A stretch of DNA of 64,000 nt from an uncultured Acidobacteriota bacterium (lineage in GTDB: Bacteria; Acidobacteriota; Thermoanaerobaculia; Multivoradales; JAHEKO01). The stretch covers positions 288,001-352,000 of the forward strand of contig CAVQNG010000003.1 in the NCBI GenBank assembly GCA_963713825.1. Direction: 5' to 3'. The notes beneath the pieces are model-generated. The model saw only the letters and a list, made by a program, of their open reading frames with translations, was not told the origin of the DNA and searched no databases. Both the position numbers and the translations under genes were made by a program. Shown here piece after piece: positions 38,684-48,178 of the stretch (its first letter is position 1; the number at the start of each line of letters is the position of its first letter).

Positions 38684-40012
38684 TCAATCGGCACTGGGTC
38701 GTGCGAGGTACCGAACCGACCAGTAGGAGCCGGCTCCGAGACCGATTAACAAAACCAGCCCACGCACCAAGGCCCCGACGAACGGCACCGTGCTGAACAA
38801 CGCGAGCAAGGCCAGGCCCGCCAGCAGGCTCAGGTAGCGGCTCTTCTCCACCGTCCCGCCTCGCGTCATCAGGAATCGGCCACCAGCCAGAGAGACGATC
38901 ACCGGAGCCAGAAAAGCAACGGCGATCCAGAGCTTCACGGCCAGCAGAATCTCGAGTAGCAGACCCAGAATGACGACCAGGGCAGCCATCCTGCCCAGGG
39001 TCATGAAGCCGAAGATCATGGTCAGAACGAGGGTTGCCACGAGGACCACGACCATCGCTACCAAAAATCCGATGAGAGTGACAACTCCCCAACCAAGGCT
39101 CGCCACTGGACGATCTCTCACAGTGGTCGCAGCGCCGTTCACCTTGTCGGGCACCAACCAGAGCAAGAGTGCTCCGAACAGGAACAGCGCCACGAACCAA
39201 CGGAGGACTTTGGCGAGTCGCTGCCCCGGTCGGACCTCCGGTACCGCGGCGACTTTCGTCACCGCGTGATCGGTCTCCCCTGTGACAATGGCACCATCCG
39301 CGATCTGCGCTGCGGCCTTCGATTTGTACGTGAGATCCCCTCCTACTCGCGCACCCGATCCCACGGTCAGCCCTGGATCTACGGTCGGGAGCGGCACCGG
39401 AGACTGCATGAACTGGGTCCACCACGCTGGCCCGGCTTCACTCTCGACCGCGGCCTCGACGTTGCCGGCAACCCGCCCGTCGATTCTGAGACCGACCAAC
39501 GCACCCACGAGGTCCTCCTGGTGCTCACCGGCAACGAGTGCCTGGTATCCGGTCAAACTCGTCCTCCCCGCGACCTGACTACCACTGGAGCTCTCGAAAC
39601 TGAAACCCGCGGCGAACAGGTCGTCACCGACTCTGGCTGCCTCCCCCAACTTCAAGGTCATCCCGGCAATGCGCACGTCGTCACGGACCTCGCCATCGAT
39701 CACCACCGCCCGACCGGCGGCCATGACGTCCCCCTCGACGACGCCCTCGATTCTTATAACCTTGCCCGAGGCCACGACATCGCCCTTCACAGTGCCCTTG
39801 ATGGTCATGATCTCGCCCGTCATGTAGAGATCGTCGTCAATGACCTCGTCCTCGGCAACTGTCACCTCTTTACCGGTCTTGAACTCTGCCGCCCCAGCCG
39901 GCACGCTCACTAGCAGGATCGCCATCCATCCGACGATCCAGATCACCTGCTCTGAGAACCGTTTTTCAACGCACACTGGGCTGCCTCCTTTTCTGCGGAT
40001 CCTACCCATCAT
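38684..40012 (-). CDS. Beta-helical repeat (bactofilin-like) protein with C-terminal transmembrane domain
   Basis: Repeats of I.G.V.GDV.A.G; signal-like segment; about five hydrophobic helices ending VPFVG...GLGA; start uncertain. Confidence 0.75.
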   Translation of the reverse strand: MMGRIRRKGGSPVCVEKRFSEQVIWIVGWMAILLVSVPAGAAEFKTGKEVTVAEDEVIDDDLYMTGEIMTIKGTVKGDVVASGKVIRIEGVVEGDVMAAGRAVVIDGEVRDDVRIAGMTLKLGEAARVGDDLFAAGFSFESSSGSQVAGRTSLTGYQALVAGEHQEDLVGALVGLRIDGRVAGNVEAAVESEAGPAWWTQFMQSPVPLPTVDPGLTVGSGARVGGDLTYKSKAAAQIADGAIVTGETDHAVTKVAAVPEVRPGQRLAKVLRWFVALFLFGALLLWLVPDKVNGAATTVRDRPVASLGWGVVTLIGFLVAMVVVLVATLVLTMIFGFMTLGRMAALVVILGLLLEILLAVKLWIAVAFLAPVIVSLAGGRFLMTRGGTVEKSRYLSLLAGLALLALFSTVPFVGALVRGLVLLIGLGAGSYWSVRYLARPSAD

Positions 40013-40066
40013 ACAAAGACACAGGCCGATCGCTGGTAGCGGCGGTGGCGGGGCGGCGAGTCGAGG

Positions 40067-40549
40067 CTAGTCGGACAATTCAGGGCGAAGCTCCCGCCGC
40101 AAGCGAATGTAGATCGCCTTGTCGACGCTCGCTACCTCGGCCCCCTCTTCGTCGGTAATCGCCACAGGAATGGAGAAGATGTGCTTGTCGCCGTCCGCCG
40201 ACATCTCGCGGATCGCCGTCAGCATCTCGTCGTCGATGGAGAAATGGGCCTTCACCTTGCCCCGGGCCTGGGCCAGGAACTGGATGTGGGTTGCGGAGTC
40301 GATGATCCGGTAGTCCGGCCCCAGGATCTGCATCAGCATCAGGCTCGGGAACGGATCCGTCATGGCCGCCAGGCTGCCACCGAAATGACCTCCGAACGCA
40401 TTGCGGTTGTAGAACCGGGAAGCCATTGTCACCACGACCTCCCGGAAATCATCGGAGACGTGCTCGACCCAGATGCCCGTACCCCATAGTGGTGGGTAGA
40501 GGCTCAAGGTCCACTTGAATCGGGTGGGGGTTTCGAGCAGCAACTTCAT
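40067..40549 (-). CDS. DUF4442 / PaaI-type hotdog thioesterase
   Basis: YPPLWGTGI, NRNAFGGHFGGSLAAMTDPF, VDKAIYIR. Confidence 0.85.
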   Translation of the reverse strand: MKLLLETPTRFKWTLSLYPPLWGTGIWVEHVSDDFREVVVTMASRFYNRNAFGGHFGGSLAAMTDPFPSLMLMQILGPDYRIIDSATHIQFLAQARGKVKAHFSIDDEMLTAIREMSADGDKHIFSIPVAITDEEGAEVASVDKAIYIRLRRELRPELSD

Positions 40550-40694
40550 GTGTCGGCTACCTTCAGTCTCCTCTCGACCAAGCCAGTCTAACCCGATGGC
40601 ACCTACCTCGAGGCCTGGTGGCCGCATCGTCAACGGGAGACTCGTGGACTTCGATATCCAGGCAAAACCTGGCAGCCTGCCGACCCGGAAGGAA

Positions 40695-42254
40695 CTACAG
40701 TTGACCCTTGATGGGCAGGATCCGCATGAACGAGACGTTGAAACGGGTCCAGAAGCCGGTTTGGGGTTCCTTGGTCCAGATCTCTGGCTCTCCGTCGCGC
40801 TGGCCTGTCCAGATCAGCTTGCCCTTGTCGTTCCGCGATACCTCGTAGGTCGCCCGCGGAAGGGCTTCGTCGACCCAGTCGACCGCTGGTCCCGCCATTT
40901 CCGGCGAGTCGATGATCACTCCCAGCTCCGTGTTGAGGTTGGCAGACCGGGGATCGAAGTTGAAGGACCCCACGAACAGCTTCTGGCGATCGACGATGAA
41001 GGCCTTCGTATGGAGTGATCCTTCCGCGGAAGCCGTGCCGACCTTCTCCGTCCCCCTGACCGCCTCGTCCGGTCGAACCTCGTAGAGCTCCACGCCCATC
41101 TTCAGCAGTGGCTTGCGGGAGGGTGCGTACCCCGTGTGCACGATGCTGTGATTCGTCGAAGCGAGTGAGTTCGTAATCACCCTGATCCGGAGCCCGTCGT
41201 CCCTGAGTTTCTGAAAGCCCTCGACGCCCGATTTACGAGGCACGAAGTACGGGCTCACGAACAACAGCTGTTCCTTCGCGCTGAGAATGGCGTCCCTCAA
41301 CGGATCGACGATCGACTCCGCTTCCTCGGCCGTCGAGCTCCGAGACTTGTCCGGCGAATCGTAGACCACCTCGTACGGCGCCCAGGTATACACGCTTGCG
41401 TCGGACTCGATCCAATGCTGGATGTCCTCTCGCACCACATCCGCGTATCGAGTCGAGACGATCTCCTCGCGTGATTGCGCAATCCGCTCTCGCAGTCTCT
41501 CCAGTTCCTTCTCCGGATCTTCAGGCATCTTGGCGAACGCAGGGACCGGTAGCGAAGACCGATGATTCCAGTAGGTGTCGAACATGTCTGACACATCGTC
41601 GACCACCGGGCCGATCCCCAGAACGTCCAGATCACCGAAATTCACATCTTCGCGGGCGCCGAAGTACTCATCGGCGATATTGCGGCCGCCGATGATCGTC
41701 ACCTGGTTGTCGACCGTGAAGGACTTGTTGTGCATGCGGCGATTGATGCGCTTGAAACTCGTGACGCCGTCACCCACTCTGCTCGATCGGCCTGCAAAGG
41801 GATTGAAGATCCGCACCTCGAAATTGGGATGCGAATCGAGGGCCGCCATGCCAGCGTCATAGCCTTGGGTCTGAATATCGTCGAGCAGAAGGCGTACCCG
41901 AACGCCCCGATCGGCGGCCTGCAAGAGCGACCCGAGGAACAGGTATCCGATCTGGTCATTGGTGATCAGGTAGTACTGGGCGTCCAGGCTGCGCTCCGCT
42001 CGATTTGCCAACAGCAGCCGAGTCGAGAGTGCATCGATGGGATCGCCCAACAGGTAGAAGCCGGCTGTGCCCGGATGCTCCTCTTCCGGCTTGGCTATCT
42101 GCCTGCCCAGATGGGTGTCCGCCGTGTCCTCCAAGGCCGTTGTCTGAGTCTTGGGATAGTCGAAGTCGACGCTTGCACAGCCGCTGGCAAGAACCACCAC
42201 GAGCACCAACACGAGCATCGGGGACCTACGATCTGAATGAAGCTGTCTCGACAT
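40695..42254 (-). CDS. Phospholipase D family lipoprotein (ClsC-like)
   Basis: Two HKD motifs (RMHNKSFTVD, LHTKAFIVD), GGRNIADEYF, GSFNFDPRS; lipobox ASGC. Confidence 0.9.
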   Translation of the reverse strand: MSRQLHSDRRSPMLVLVLVVVLASGCASVDFDYPKTQTTALEDTADTHLGRQIAKPEEEHPGTAGFYLLGDPIDALSTRLLLANRAERSLDAQYYLITNDQIGYLFLGSLLQAADRGVRVRLLLDDIQTQGYDAGMAALDSHPNFEVRIFNPFAGRSSRVGDGVTSFKRINRRMHNKSFTVDNQVTIIGGRNIADEYFGAREDVNFGDLDVLGIGPVVDDVSDMFDTYWNHRSSLPVPAFAKMPEDPEKELERLRERIAQSREEIVSTRYADVVREDIQHWIESDASVYTWAPYEVVYDSPDKSRSSTAEEAESIVDPLRDAILSAKEQLLFVSPYFVPRKSGVEGFQKLRDDGLRIRVITNSLASTNHSIVHTGYAPSRKPLLKMGVELYEVRPDEAVRGTEKVGTASAEGSLHTKAFIVDRQKLFVGSFNFDPRSANLNTELGVIIDSPEMAGPAVDWVDEALPRATYEVSRNDKGKLIWTGQRDGEPEIWTKEPQTGFWTRFNVSFMRILPIKGQL

Positions 42255-42352
42255 CGCGTGCTCGACCCTCACTGAGCTGCTGGTTCTGTTCTTCGAAGAT
42301 CTGCTGACCGCTAGACAACGACTTTCGGTGTCAGCGGTACCCACCTGGAAGC

Positions 42353-43291
42353 CTATCCTGAAAGCGTGCGGGCGATCTCTGCTACGTGACGCAGATCGGT
42401 GCCACAGCAGCCACCCAGGATGTTGAGCCAGGGCAGCCGTTCTCGCAGCTCGACGTATTGGTTTGCAAGCTCTTCGGGGTCTCCGGGGTCCAGCGTCTCG
42501 CACATATCGAGCTCCGCGTGACTGAGGCGCGACGCATTGCAGCGGATTCCACGGATGCGTCGGGTCCAGCCGTTACCTTCCAGCACGTGGAAGAAATGAT
42601 CGGGATGGGCGCAGTTCACCACGAAGTAGGCCGCGGCAGACTCAGTCGCCTCATCCACCATTTCGATCGCCTCGCCCAGAGGCTGCCCTGTGGGCAGGGA
42701 GCCGTCGGTTTCCACCGTGAACGAAATCACCACAGGGAGTCGTGCAGCACGGGCAGCGCGAACGAGGCCGATGGCCTCATCCGCCTGGGTATAGGTTGTG
42801 CCGGTAACCATGTCTACCTGCGTTTCGGCCAACCAGGCGATCTGCTGGGCGTGGTAGTCCTCGGCCTCGTGGGCAGCGACTTCGACATCGGGCGCATAGC
42901 CGTCGCCCCGCGGGCCCATGATTCCGTTGAGGACAATCGGTCGGGTATTGGAGGAGAACTCGTCACGCAATCCTGCGATGAACTCGATCGAGTCGTGGTT
43001 TGCAGCGCGCAAACCTGCGTCGTCGGCCCCGAGGTCATCGGCCCAGTGCCTGTGTGCCTTCCAGGTCTGGCTGTCGAGGATGAAGCCGGTTTCTTGTGCT
43101 CCCGCCAGGCCTAAGAACTCGCGGAAGTAACCGGCCATCGCCTCCCGGCCGGCCGGATCGGTCAGTAGCGTATGAGCCGCGAACTCTCGGATCTCGATCC
43201 CGTGGTTGAAGATCAGGTCCGTCTCGATGCCTCCGTCGGCGAGAAAGAACTCACCTGAGAGCTGTGGCAAAGCGTTGCGATAGCGACTCAT
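42353..43291 (-). CDS. Homocysteine S-methyltransferase family protein
   Basis: DGGIET, GPRGDGY, ISFTVETDG, VNCAHP, GGCCGTD (Zn ligands). Confidence 0.92.
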   Translation of the reverse strand: MSRYRNALPQLSGEFFLADGGIETDLIFNHGIEIREFAAHTLLTDPAGREAMAGYFREFLGLAGAQETGFILDSQTWKAHRHWADDLGADDAGLRAANHDSIEFIAGLRDEFSSNTRPIVLNGIMGPRGDGYAPDVEVAAHEAEDYHAQQIAWLAETQVDMVTGTTYTQADEAIGLVRAARAARLPVVISFTVETDGSLPTGQPLGEAIEMVDEATESAAAYFVVNCAHPDHFFHVLEGNGWTRRIRGIRCNASRLSHAELDMCETLDPGDPEELANQYVELRERLPWLNILGGCCGTDLRHVAEIARTLSG

Positions 43292-43381
43292 GAGCGTGAA
43301 CCTCCTCTGCCCGTTGGCCTACCAGCCGGTAGCGGTGGGGCGACTAGTTGGGAAGACGCGACATTCTACACCGGCCCCGAA

Positions 43382-45163
43382 TCATCTTACGATCGGAAGC
43401 TCCAGAAAACTCGGGTGCGCGGCATCGTGGTAGAGCGTGACGTGCGCTGTTCGCGCGTCGGCCCCCGATTCTTCGGAGACGACTCCACCGCTGTTGTAGT
43501 TCTTCTGCAAGAACAACGAGTTGGGTGATTTGAGGACCAGACGAAGACGGCTGCCCTGGGCGACCTTCCTCGAGAAGAAGTAGAAGCCGTCGAAGACGTA
43601 GCGGTTGATCTCGCCCGGGGTGACCAGCTGCGGCTCGCGCAGCGAATCCCGGAAGCGAGCCCTCATCAGGTCTTGCGTCAGCCGCACGCTGGATCCGTCC
43701 AACAAGATCTCGTACACGTCTACCTGGAAGTCGGTGTCGGGTACGTCAATGGAGAGCCATGCTTCGAACTCGAGGTACCCACTGATCTCGGTGTCTTCCT
43801 CGAACGGCTCGCTGTGGTAGAGGAGACCGTTGCCGTAGAGGTGGAGTGCGAACCGTTGGTCTGTGAGTGAAGCCGTATCGGCACTCAATTCGAGCTCGCC
43901 GGGTCGGGTGTCGAGTGGATCGTACACATAGCTGTCGGACTCGGCTTCCGCCGCCGGTGGCTCTGAAATCAGGGCTCCTGAATGGAACGCGTCGTTGGCC
44001 CGGCCGCCGGACGAGGCCAGATAGAGCTTCTTGCTCTCAGTCGCGATCGACTCGAGCGAATCGGCGTATTTCCATTCGTTGGCCCCGACCACGAAGTACG
44101 CAATTCGCTCTTTCAGGAACTCGGGCTTGTCTCCCTCCTTCATCGTCCAGTCGTACCACTGGCGATGCAGGTCGTTGAGATCCAACAGGCTGGCATCGCC
44201 GAACGTGAGCCCTCCCACCTCGGCCTGCGGAGTGCGCGTCCCTGAGTGGTTCCAGGGGCCGACGATCAGATAGTGCCGCCCCTTACTCGCTTCCGAGCCG
44301 AACCACATATGCCGCTTGTAGTACTCCATGGCGCCGGGCTGGTCGCCGTCATAGTGACCTGTGATGGTGAGGATCGGGATGTCGAAGGCAGCGAAATCCT
44401 CGTCAGTCGGATTCATTGCGTCCCAGTAGGCATCTGGAAAGGGGTGCGCCATCCATTCGGAGAACTTCGTCGTCAGATTGCCGGCGAGCTTGGGCAGCTC
44501 GGCAAATGGCAGGTGCTCCTCGTAGTACCGGCTGTAGACCTGCTTCCAGTAGTCCTCCTCACCAAAGAGATTCCACTGGGCAACCACGCCGCTCGTCAAA
44601 GTCTGCCATTGGATCTCGTAGGGATAGGGAATGTTCTTCCAGAACGGGAAATCGATACCGGCGAAGGCGGCAGCGGCCGGCACGATCGTGGTCAGATGCG
44701 GAGGAAACTCCTTGGCGACAGCCCACTGATCGTAGCCCGCGTAGGAGCCACCCCACATCCCCACCTTGCCATTCGACCAGGGTTGCTGGGCAAGCCACTC
44801 CACCACGTCGTAGCCGTCTTCGGCTTCCTGGGCAAACGGGTCGAACTGGCCCTCGGAATTACCGCGTCCCCTCACGTCCACCAGCACGAAGACGTAACCG
44901 TGCTGGGCGAAATACCACCCACGCTCATGGTAGGTGTCCGATGTGTAGGGCGTCAGGGTAAACACCACGGGCAGCGGCTCCTCCATCTCGAGCGGCTTGT
45001 AGACCGTCGCGTTCAGACGCACACCGTCCCGTACCGGGATCTCGACACCCCAGGTGATCTCTACTTCTGGATCCTCGGCAGCATTGACCGGAGGCGTGGC
45101 GCTGAGGGTGACCAGGACGAACAGGACCACCCGACACCGGGTGCGGCGGCATTCGATAGCCAT
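43382..45163 (-). CDS. CocE/NonD family hydrolase, secreted
   Basis: IPVRDGVRLNATVY, TPY, DVRGRGNSEG, GGSYAG, VGPWNH, DTDF. Confidence 0.92.
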   Translation of the reverse strand: MAIECRRTRCRVVLFVLVTLSATPPVNAAEDPEVEITWGVEIPVRDGVRLNATVYKPLEMEEPLPVVFTLTPYTSDTYHERGWYFAQHGYVFVLVDVRGRGNSEGQFDPFAQEAEDGYDVVEWLAQQPWSNGKVGMWGGSYAGYDQWAVAKEFPPHLTTIVPAAAAFAGIDFPFWKNIPYPYEIQWQTLTSGVVAQWNLFGEEDYWKQVYSRYYEEHLPFAELPKLAGNLTTKFSEWMAHPFPDAYWDAMNPTDEDFAAFDIPILTITGHYDGDQPGAMEYYKRHMWFGSEASKGRHYLIVGPWNHSGTRTPQAEVGGLTFGDASLLDLNDLHRQWYDWTMKEGDKPEFLKERIAYFVVGANEWKYADSLESIATESKKLYLASSGGRANDAFHSGALISEPPAAEAESDSYVYDPLDTRPGELELSADTASLTDQRFALHLYGNGLLYHSEPFEEDTEISGYLEFEAWLSIDVPDTDFQVDVYEILLDGSSVRLTQDLMRARFRDSLREPQLVTPGEINRYVFDGFYFFSRKVAQGSRLRLVLKSPNSLFLQKNYNSGGVVSEESGADARTAHVTLYHDAAHPSFLELPIVR

Positions 45164-45230
45164 CGTAGCTCCTCTCTCGAGAGACCAAGGATATCCAATG
45201 GGGACCCGATTCAAGCTACGATCTGGGGTG

Positions 45231-46145
45231 ATGCCTTCGGTCCCGCCACCAGACCTGCCACCCTTCCTCACCGAGGACCTCCCGCAGGAGCGCCAGGCCT
45301 ACGCGCTCGAGTCGGGGCCTGATCAGGGGAAGGTCATCCACTTCATCGATCATGGGAACCCCGACGCGCAGCCGGTGATTCTGCAGCATGGCAACCCGAC
45401 CTGGTGCTTCCTCTGGCGGAAGGTGATTGCCCGGCTGGATCCCGAGCGCTTTCGCTGTCTGGCCCCCGACCTGCTCGGCTTCGGACTGTCGGGCTCGTTG
45501 TCGAAAGTGTCGGACCACACACTGGATCGCCATCTACAGGCGATGCGCGAATGGGCCGAGAACCTGCAACTGGCCAAAGGAGCCATTCTGGTTGGCCAGG
45601 ACTGGGGAGGGCCCTTGGTTGTCGCCATGGGCATGGCATGTCCCGAGGTAAGCGGCGTGGTCCTGGCCAACACTTCGATCCTGGTGCCGAAGCGGCCACT
45701 GGGAACCTCTTTCCACAAGTTCGCCCGCACTCCAGTGGTGAGTGACATCGCTTTTCGGTTGGCGGGCTTCCCGCTCAACATCCTTGGACGGGTTCAGGGC
45801 GACGCTAGATCGATCTCCGGCGAAGTCGCACGCGCCTACCGCTGGCCACTACCCCTGGGCAGACGAGCTGGCCCCTTGGGCCTGGCTCGCATGGTTCCCT
45901 CCAGCCCAGACCATCCAAGCGTGCCCCCTCTTCGAAAGATCGAAGCCTGGACCCGCGCATTCGACGGTCCAATGGCCCTGGTGTGGGGCGAGCGCGACCC
46001 GATCTTGGGCAGGGCCCTCAAACGGCACGTAGAGACCTTCCCCCAGGCAACCGTTACCCGCACCCAGGCTGGTCACTTCCTCCAAGAGGAGGTTCCCGAC
46101 GATCTCGCCCGAGCAATCGAGGAGGTGGCGGCCAGAGCTACTTAA
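45231..46145 (+). CDS. Haloalkane dehalogenase-like alpha/beta hydrolase
   Basis: HGNPTW, PDLLGFG, GQDWGG (Asp nucleophile), WGERDPI, AGHFLQE. Confidence 0.85.
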   Translation: MPSVPPPDLPPFLTEDLPQERQAYALESGPDQGKVIHFIDHGNPDAQPVILQHGNPTWCFLWRKVIARLDPERFRCLAPDLLGFGLSGSLSKVSDHTLDRHLQAMREWAENLQLAKGAILVGQDWGGPLVVAMGMACPEVSGVVLANTSILVPKRPLGTSFHKFARTPVVSDIAFRLAGFPLNILGRVQGDARSISGEVARAYRWPLPLGRRAGPLGLARMVPSSPDHPSVPPLRKIEAWTRAFDGPMALVWGERDPILGRALKRHVETFPQATVTRTQAGHFLQEEVPDDLARAIEEVAARAT

Positions 46146-46201
46146 CCCGGGTTGAGCACCCGGACTGGTGCCGGCCTCCGAAAACGGCTGGCACCTCACT
46201 A

Positions 46202-47476
46202 CTACCAGTACCAGACGAGCTGTACGGAGGCGCTGGGGCCGGCCGAGAGGAACAGCTCGGGCACGCTCGTAGCCGCACCACCGAATTCGGTGCCGTTGGC
46301 CCCAATGGGAATGTTGATGGCGCTCCACACAAGCAGGTTCTCTCGCAGGTCGTTCTGGAAGACCAGTTGGACCAGGGCGCTCGGGTCGGTGACGTTGACG
46401 AACGCGTTGGGCGTCAGCAGGAACAGCGGATCGATCTCGATCATGGCGCTCAAGGCGAGATAGTGCTGGCCGAGATTGAAGAGCTCTCCTCGGGCGATGC
46501 GCTCCAAGAGCTCGGGATTCTCCTCCAGACATTCGGGTGAGTAGCACCCATCGGATTGACCGAACCCGTTGAAGAAGTACTCGGCGAGACCGCTGACGTT
46601 CTTGCCGCCCCAGATCCAGGACTGAGAGATGCTGGTGTCGACCGAAGCCACCGTGCTGTCCCCGAAGGTCACCACCACATCGCCCCGCCATACCGCGCCA
46701 CCGATGCTGTAGTTCATGCCGGCTCCGACCAGTGGATCTCCATAGTGCTGCGCCACAAGGGCGTCGTACTCGCTCAGGCTCTCCATGTGGTGGTACTTGA
46801 AAGCAAGGGAGCTCTGATCGGCCTCGACATCCTCGGTGATCGGGTTGCGGCGAAAGACCATCACCCCCTGGAGATCGTCACCACTCGAATGCAGGTACTG
46901 ACCGTAGAGCATGTCGTCGCCGGTCTTGTACTCCTTGTCGACGGCAGCCGGGTCGAAGGGATTGAAGATGTCCATCACGTTGTAGATCAAGCCATTGCCC
47001 CAGGTGATGGCTTGGCGACCGAACTTCACCACCGCGTGCTCGGTGGCGTAGCCGACAGCGGCCCGATCGAGACGCTGCAGGGCCGCCGACTTGCCCGCAT
47101 CGGTGAAGACGTAGGTGAGGTCGAATAGCCGGGTCCGATCACTGGGCAGATGGGGAAAGAGAATCCTCAACTCTTCCGGCAACTCGCGGGTGAATTCGAG
47201 ACGATCCCCATAGACGCCAATGAGCTGGTAGTCGACGTCGAGGCTCCAGCGGTTGCGCTCGGCCCGGAAAACGAAGCGCGCATCCACAGCCGAGTCGGTG
47301 GAGGTCGAACCGAAGACCTCCTGGAAGGCGCTGTCTGCGGGATAGGTGGTGAGCGCGATCTGCGGGCTCACGCGACCCGTCAGACTGGCTGCGTCGTCAT
47401 CTCCTGATGCCACGCCCGCAAACGCGAGCACCGCCCCGGCGAAGACCGCCAAAGCTCGGAAGCAGCAACGCGCCAT
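46202..47476 (-). CDS. Putative outer-membrane beta-barrel protein of the Lol-like operon
   Basis: Signal peptide; RLDRA, GRQAITWGNG, DIFNPF, D.EYK.G.D; aromatic C-terminus VQLVWYW. Confidence 0.7.
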   Translation of the reverse strand: MARCCFRALAVFAGAVLAFAGVASGDDDAASLTGRVSPQIALTTYPADSAFQEVFGSTSTDSAVDARFVFRAERNRWSLDVDYQLIGVYGDRLEFTRELPEELRILFPHLPSDRTRLFDLTYVFTDAGKSAALQRLDRAAVGYATEHAVVKFGRQAITWGNGLIYNVMDIFNPFDPAAVDKEYKTGDDMLYGQYLHSSGDDLQGVMVFRRNPITEDVEADQSSLAFKYHHMESLSEYDALVAQHYGDPLVGAGMNYSIGGAVWRGDVVVTFGDSTVASVDTSISQSWIWGGKNVSGLAEYFFNGFGQSDGCYSPECLEENPELLERIARGELFNLGQHYLALSAMIEIDPLFLLTPNAFVNVTDPSALVQLVFQNDLRENLLVWSAINIPIGANGTEFGGAATSVPELFLSAGPSASVQLVWYW

Positions 47477-47483
47477 CCAACAC

Positions 47484-48176
47484 CTACGCCGCTTCTCGCC
47501 GCTCGTCGCCGACGATGCGACCGTCGAGCATGTGGATGACGCGCCGCGCGTAGGCCATCACCCTCTGGTCGTGGGTGGCGATGACGAAGGTCGTCTCGTG
47601 GTGCTGGTTGAGCTCGACAAAGAGCTCCATCAGATGATCGGAGGTCTGCGAGTCGAGGTTGGCAGTCGGTTCGTCGGCGAGTACGAGCGCGGGCCGCGAG
47701 GCGATGGCCCGAGCCACGGCGACCCGCTGCTGCTGACCGCCTGACATCTGGGCCGGTAGGCGATCACCGAGACCCCCCAGGCCGACCTCTTCGAGGATCT
47801 CGAGCGAACGTTTCCGACGAGGCCCAGCATCCACGCCTTGCACCTCCATCACGAACTCGACGTTCTCACGGGCCGTCAAAACCGGAATCAGGTTGTAAGC
47901 CTGAAATACGAACCCGATCTGGTGCAGCCGCATCTTTGCCAGCTCACCCTTGCCGAGGTTGTCGATACGCTCCCCGGCCAGCCAGATCTCACCGCTGTCG
48001 GGCGTATCGAGACCACCAATGGCGTTGAGCAGTGTGGTCTTGCCGCCACCTGACGGTGCTGACAGGCAAACGAACCCCCCCTTGTCGATCTCGAGGTCCA
48101 CATGGTCGAGCCCGGTGACTTCGAGATCACCCTGGCGGTAGGTCTTGCACAGATCGACACAGCGTACTGGTTTCAT
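47484..48176 (-). CDS. ABC transporter ATP-binding protein (LolD/MacB-like)
   Basis: APSGGGKTT, GFVFQAYNL, MSGGQQQRVAVARA, LADEPTANLD, ATHD. Confidence 0.93.
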   Translation of the reverse strand: MKPVRCVDLCKTYRQGDLEVTGLDHVDLEIDKGGFVCLSAPSGGGKTTLLNAIGGLDTPDSGEIWLAGERIDNLGKGELAKMRLHQIGFVFQAYNLIPVLTARENVEFVMEVQGVDAGPRRKRSLEILEEVGLGGLGDRLPAQMSGGQQQRVAVARAIASRPALVLADEPTANLDSQTSDHLMELFVELNQHHETTFVIATHDQRVMAYARRVIHMLDGRIVGDERREAA

Positions 48177-48178
48177 CG

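Noticed and set aside
43292-43381. SAM/SAH riboswitch upstream of the homocysteine methyltransferase
   Set aside because: The short leader has small hairpins but no SAM-I, SAM-II, SAH or SAM-SAH consensus I can identify; an Rfam scan would settle it
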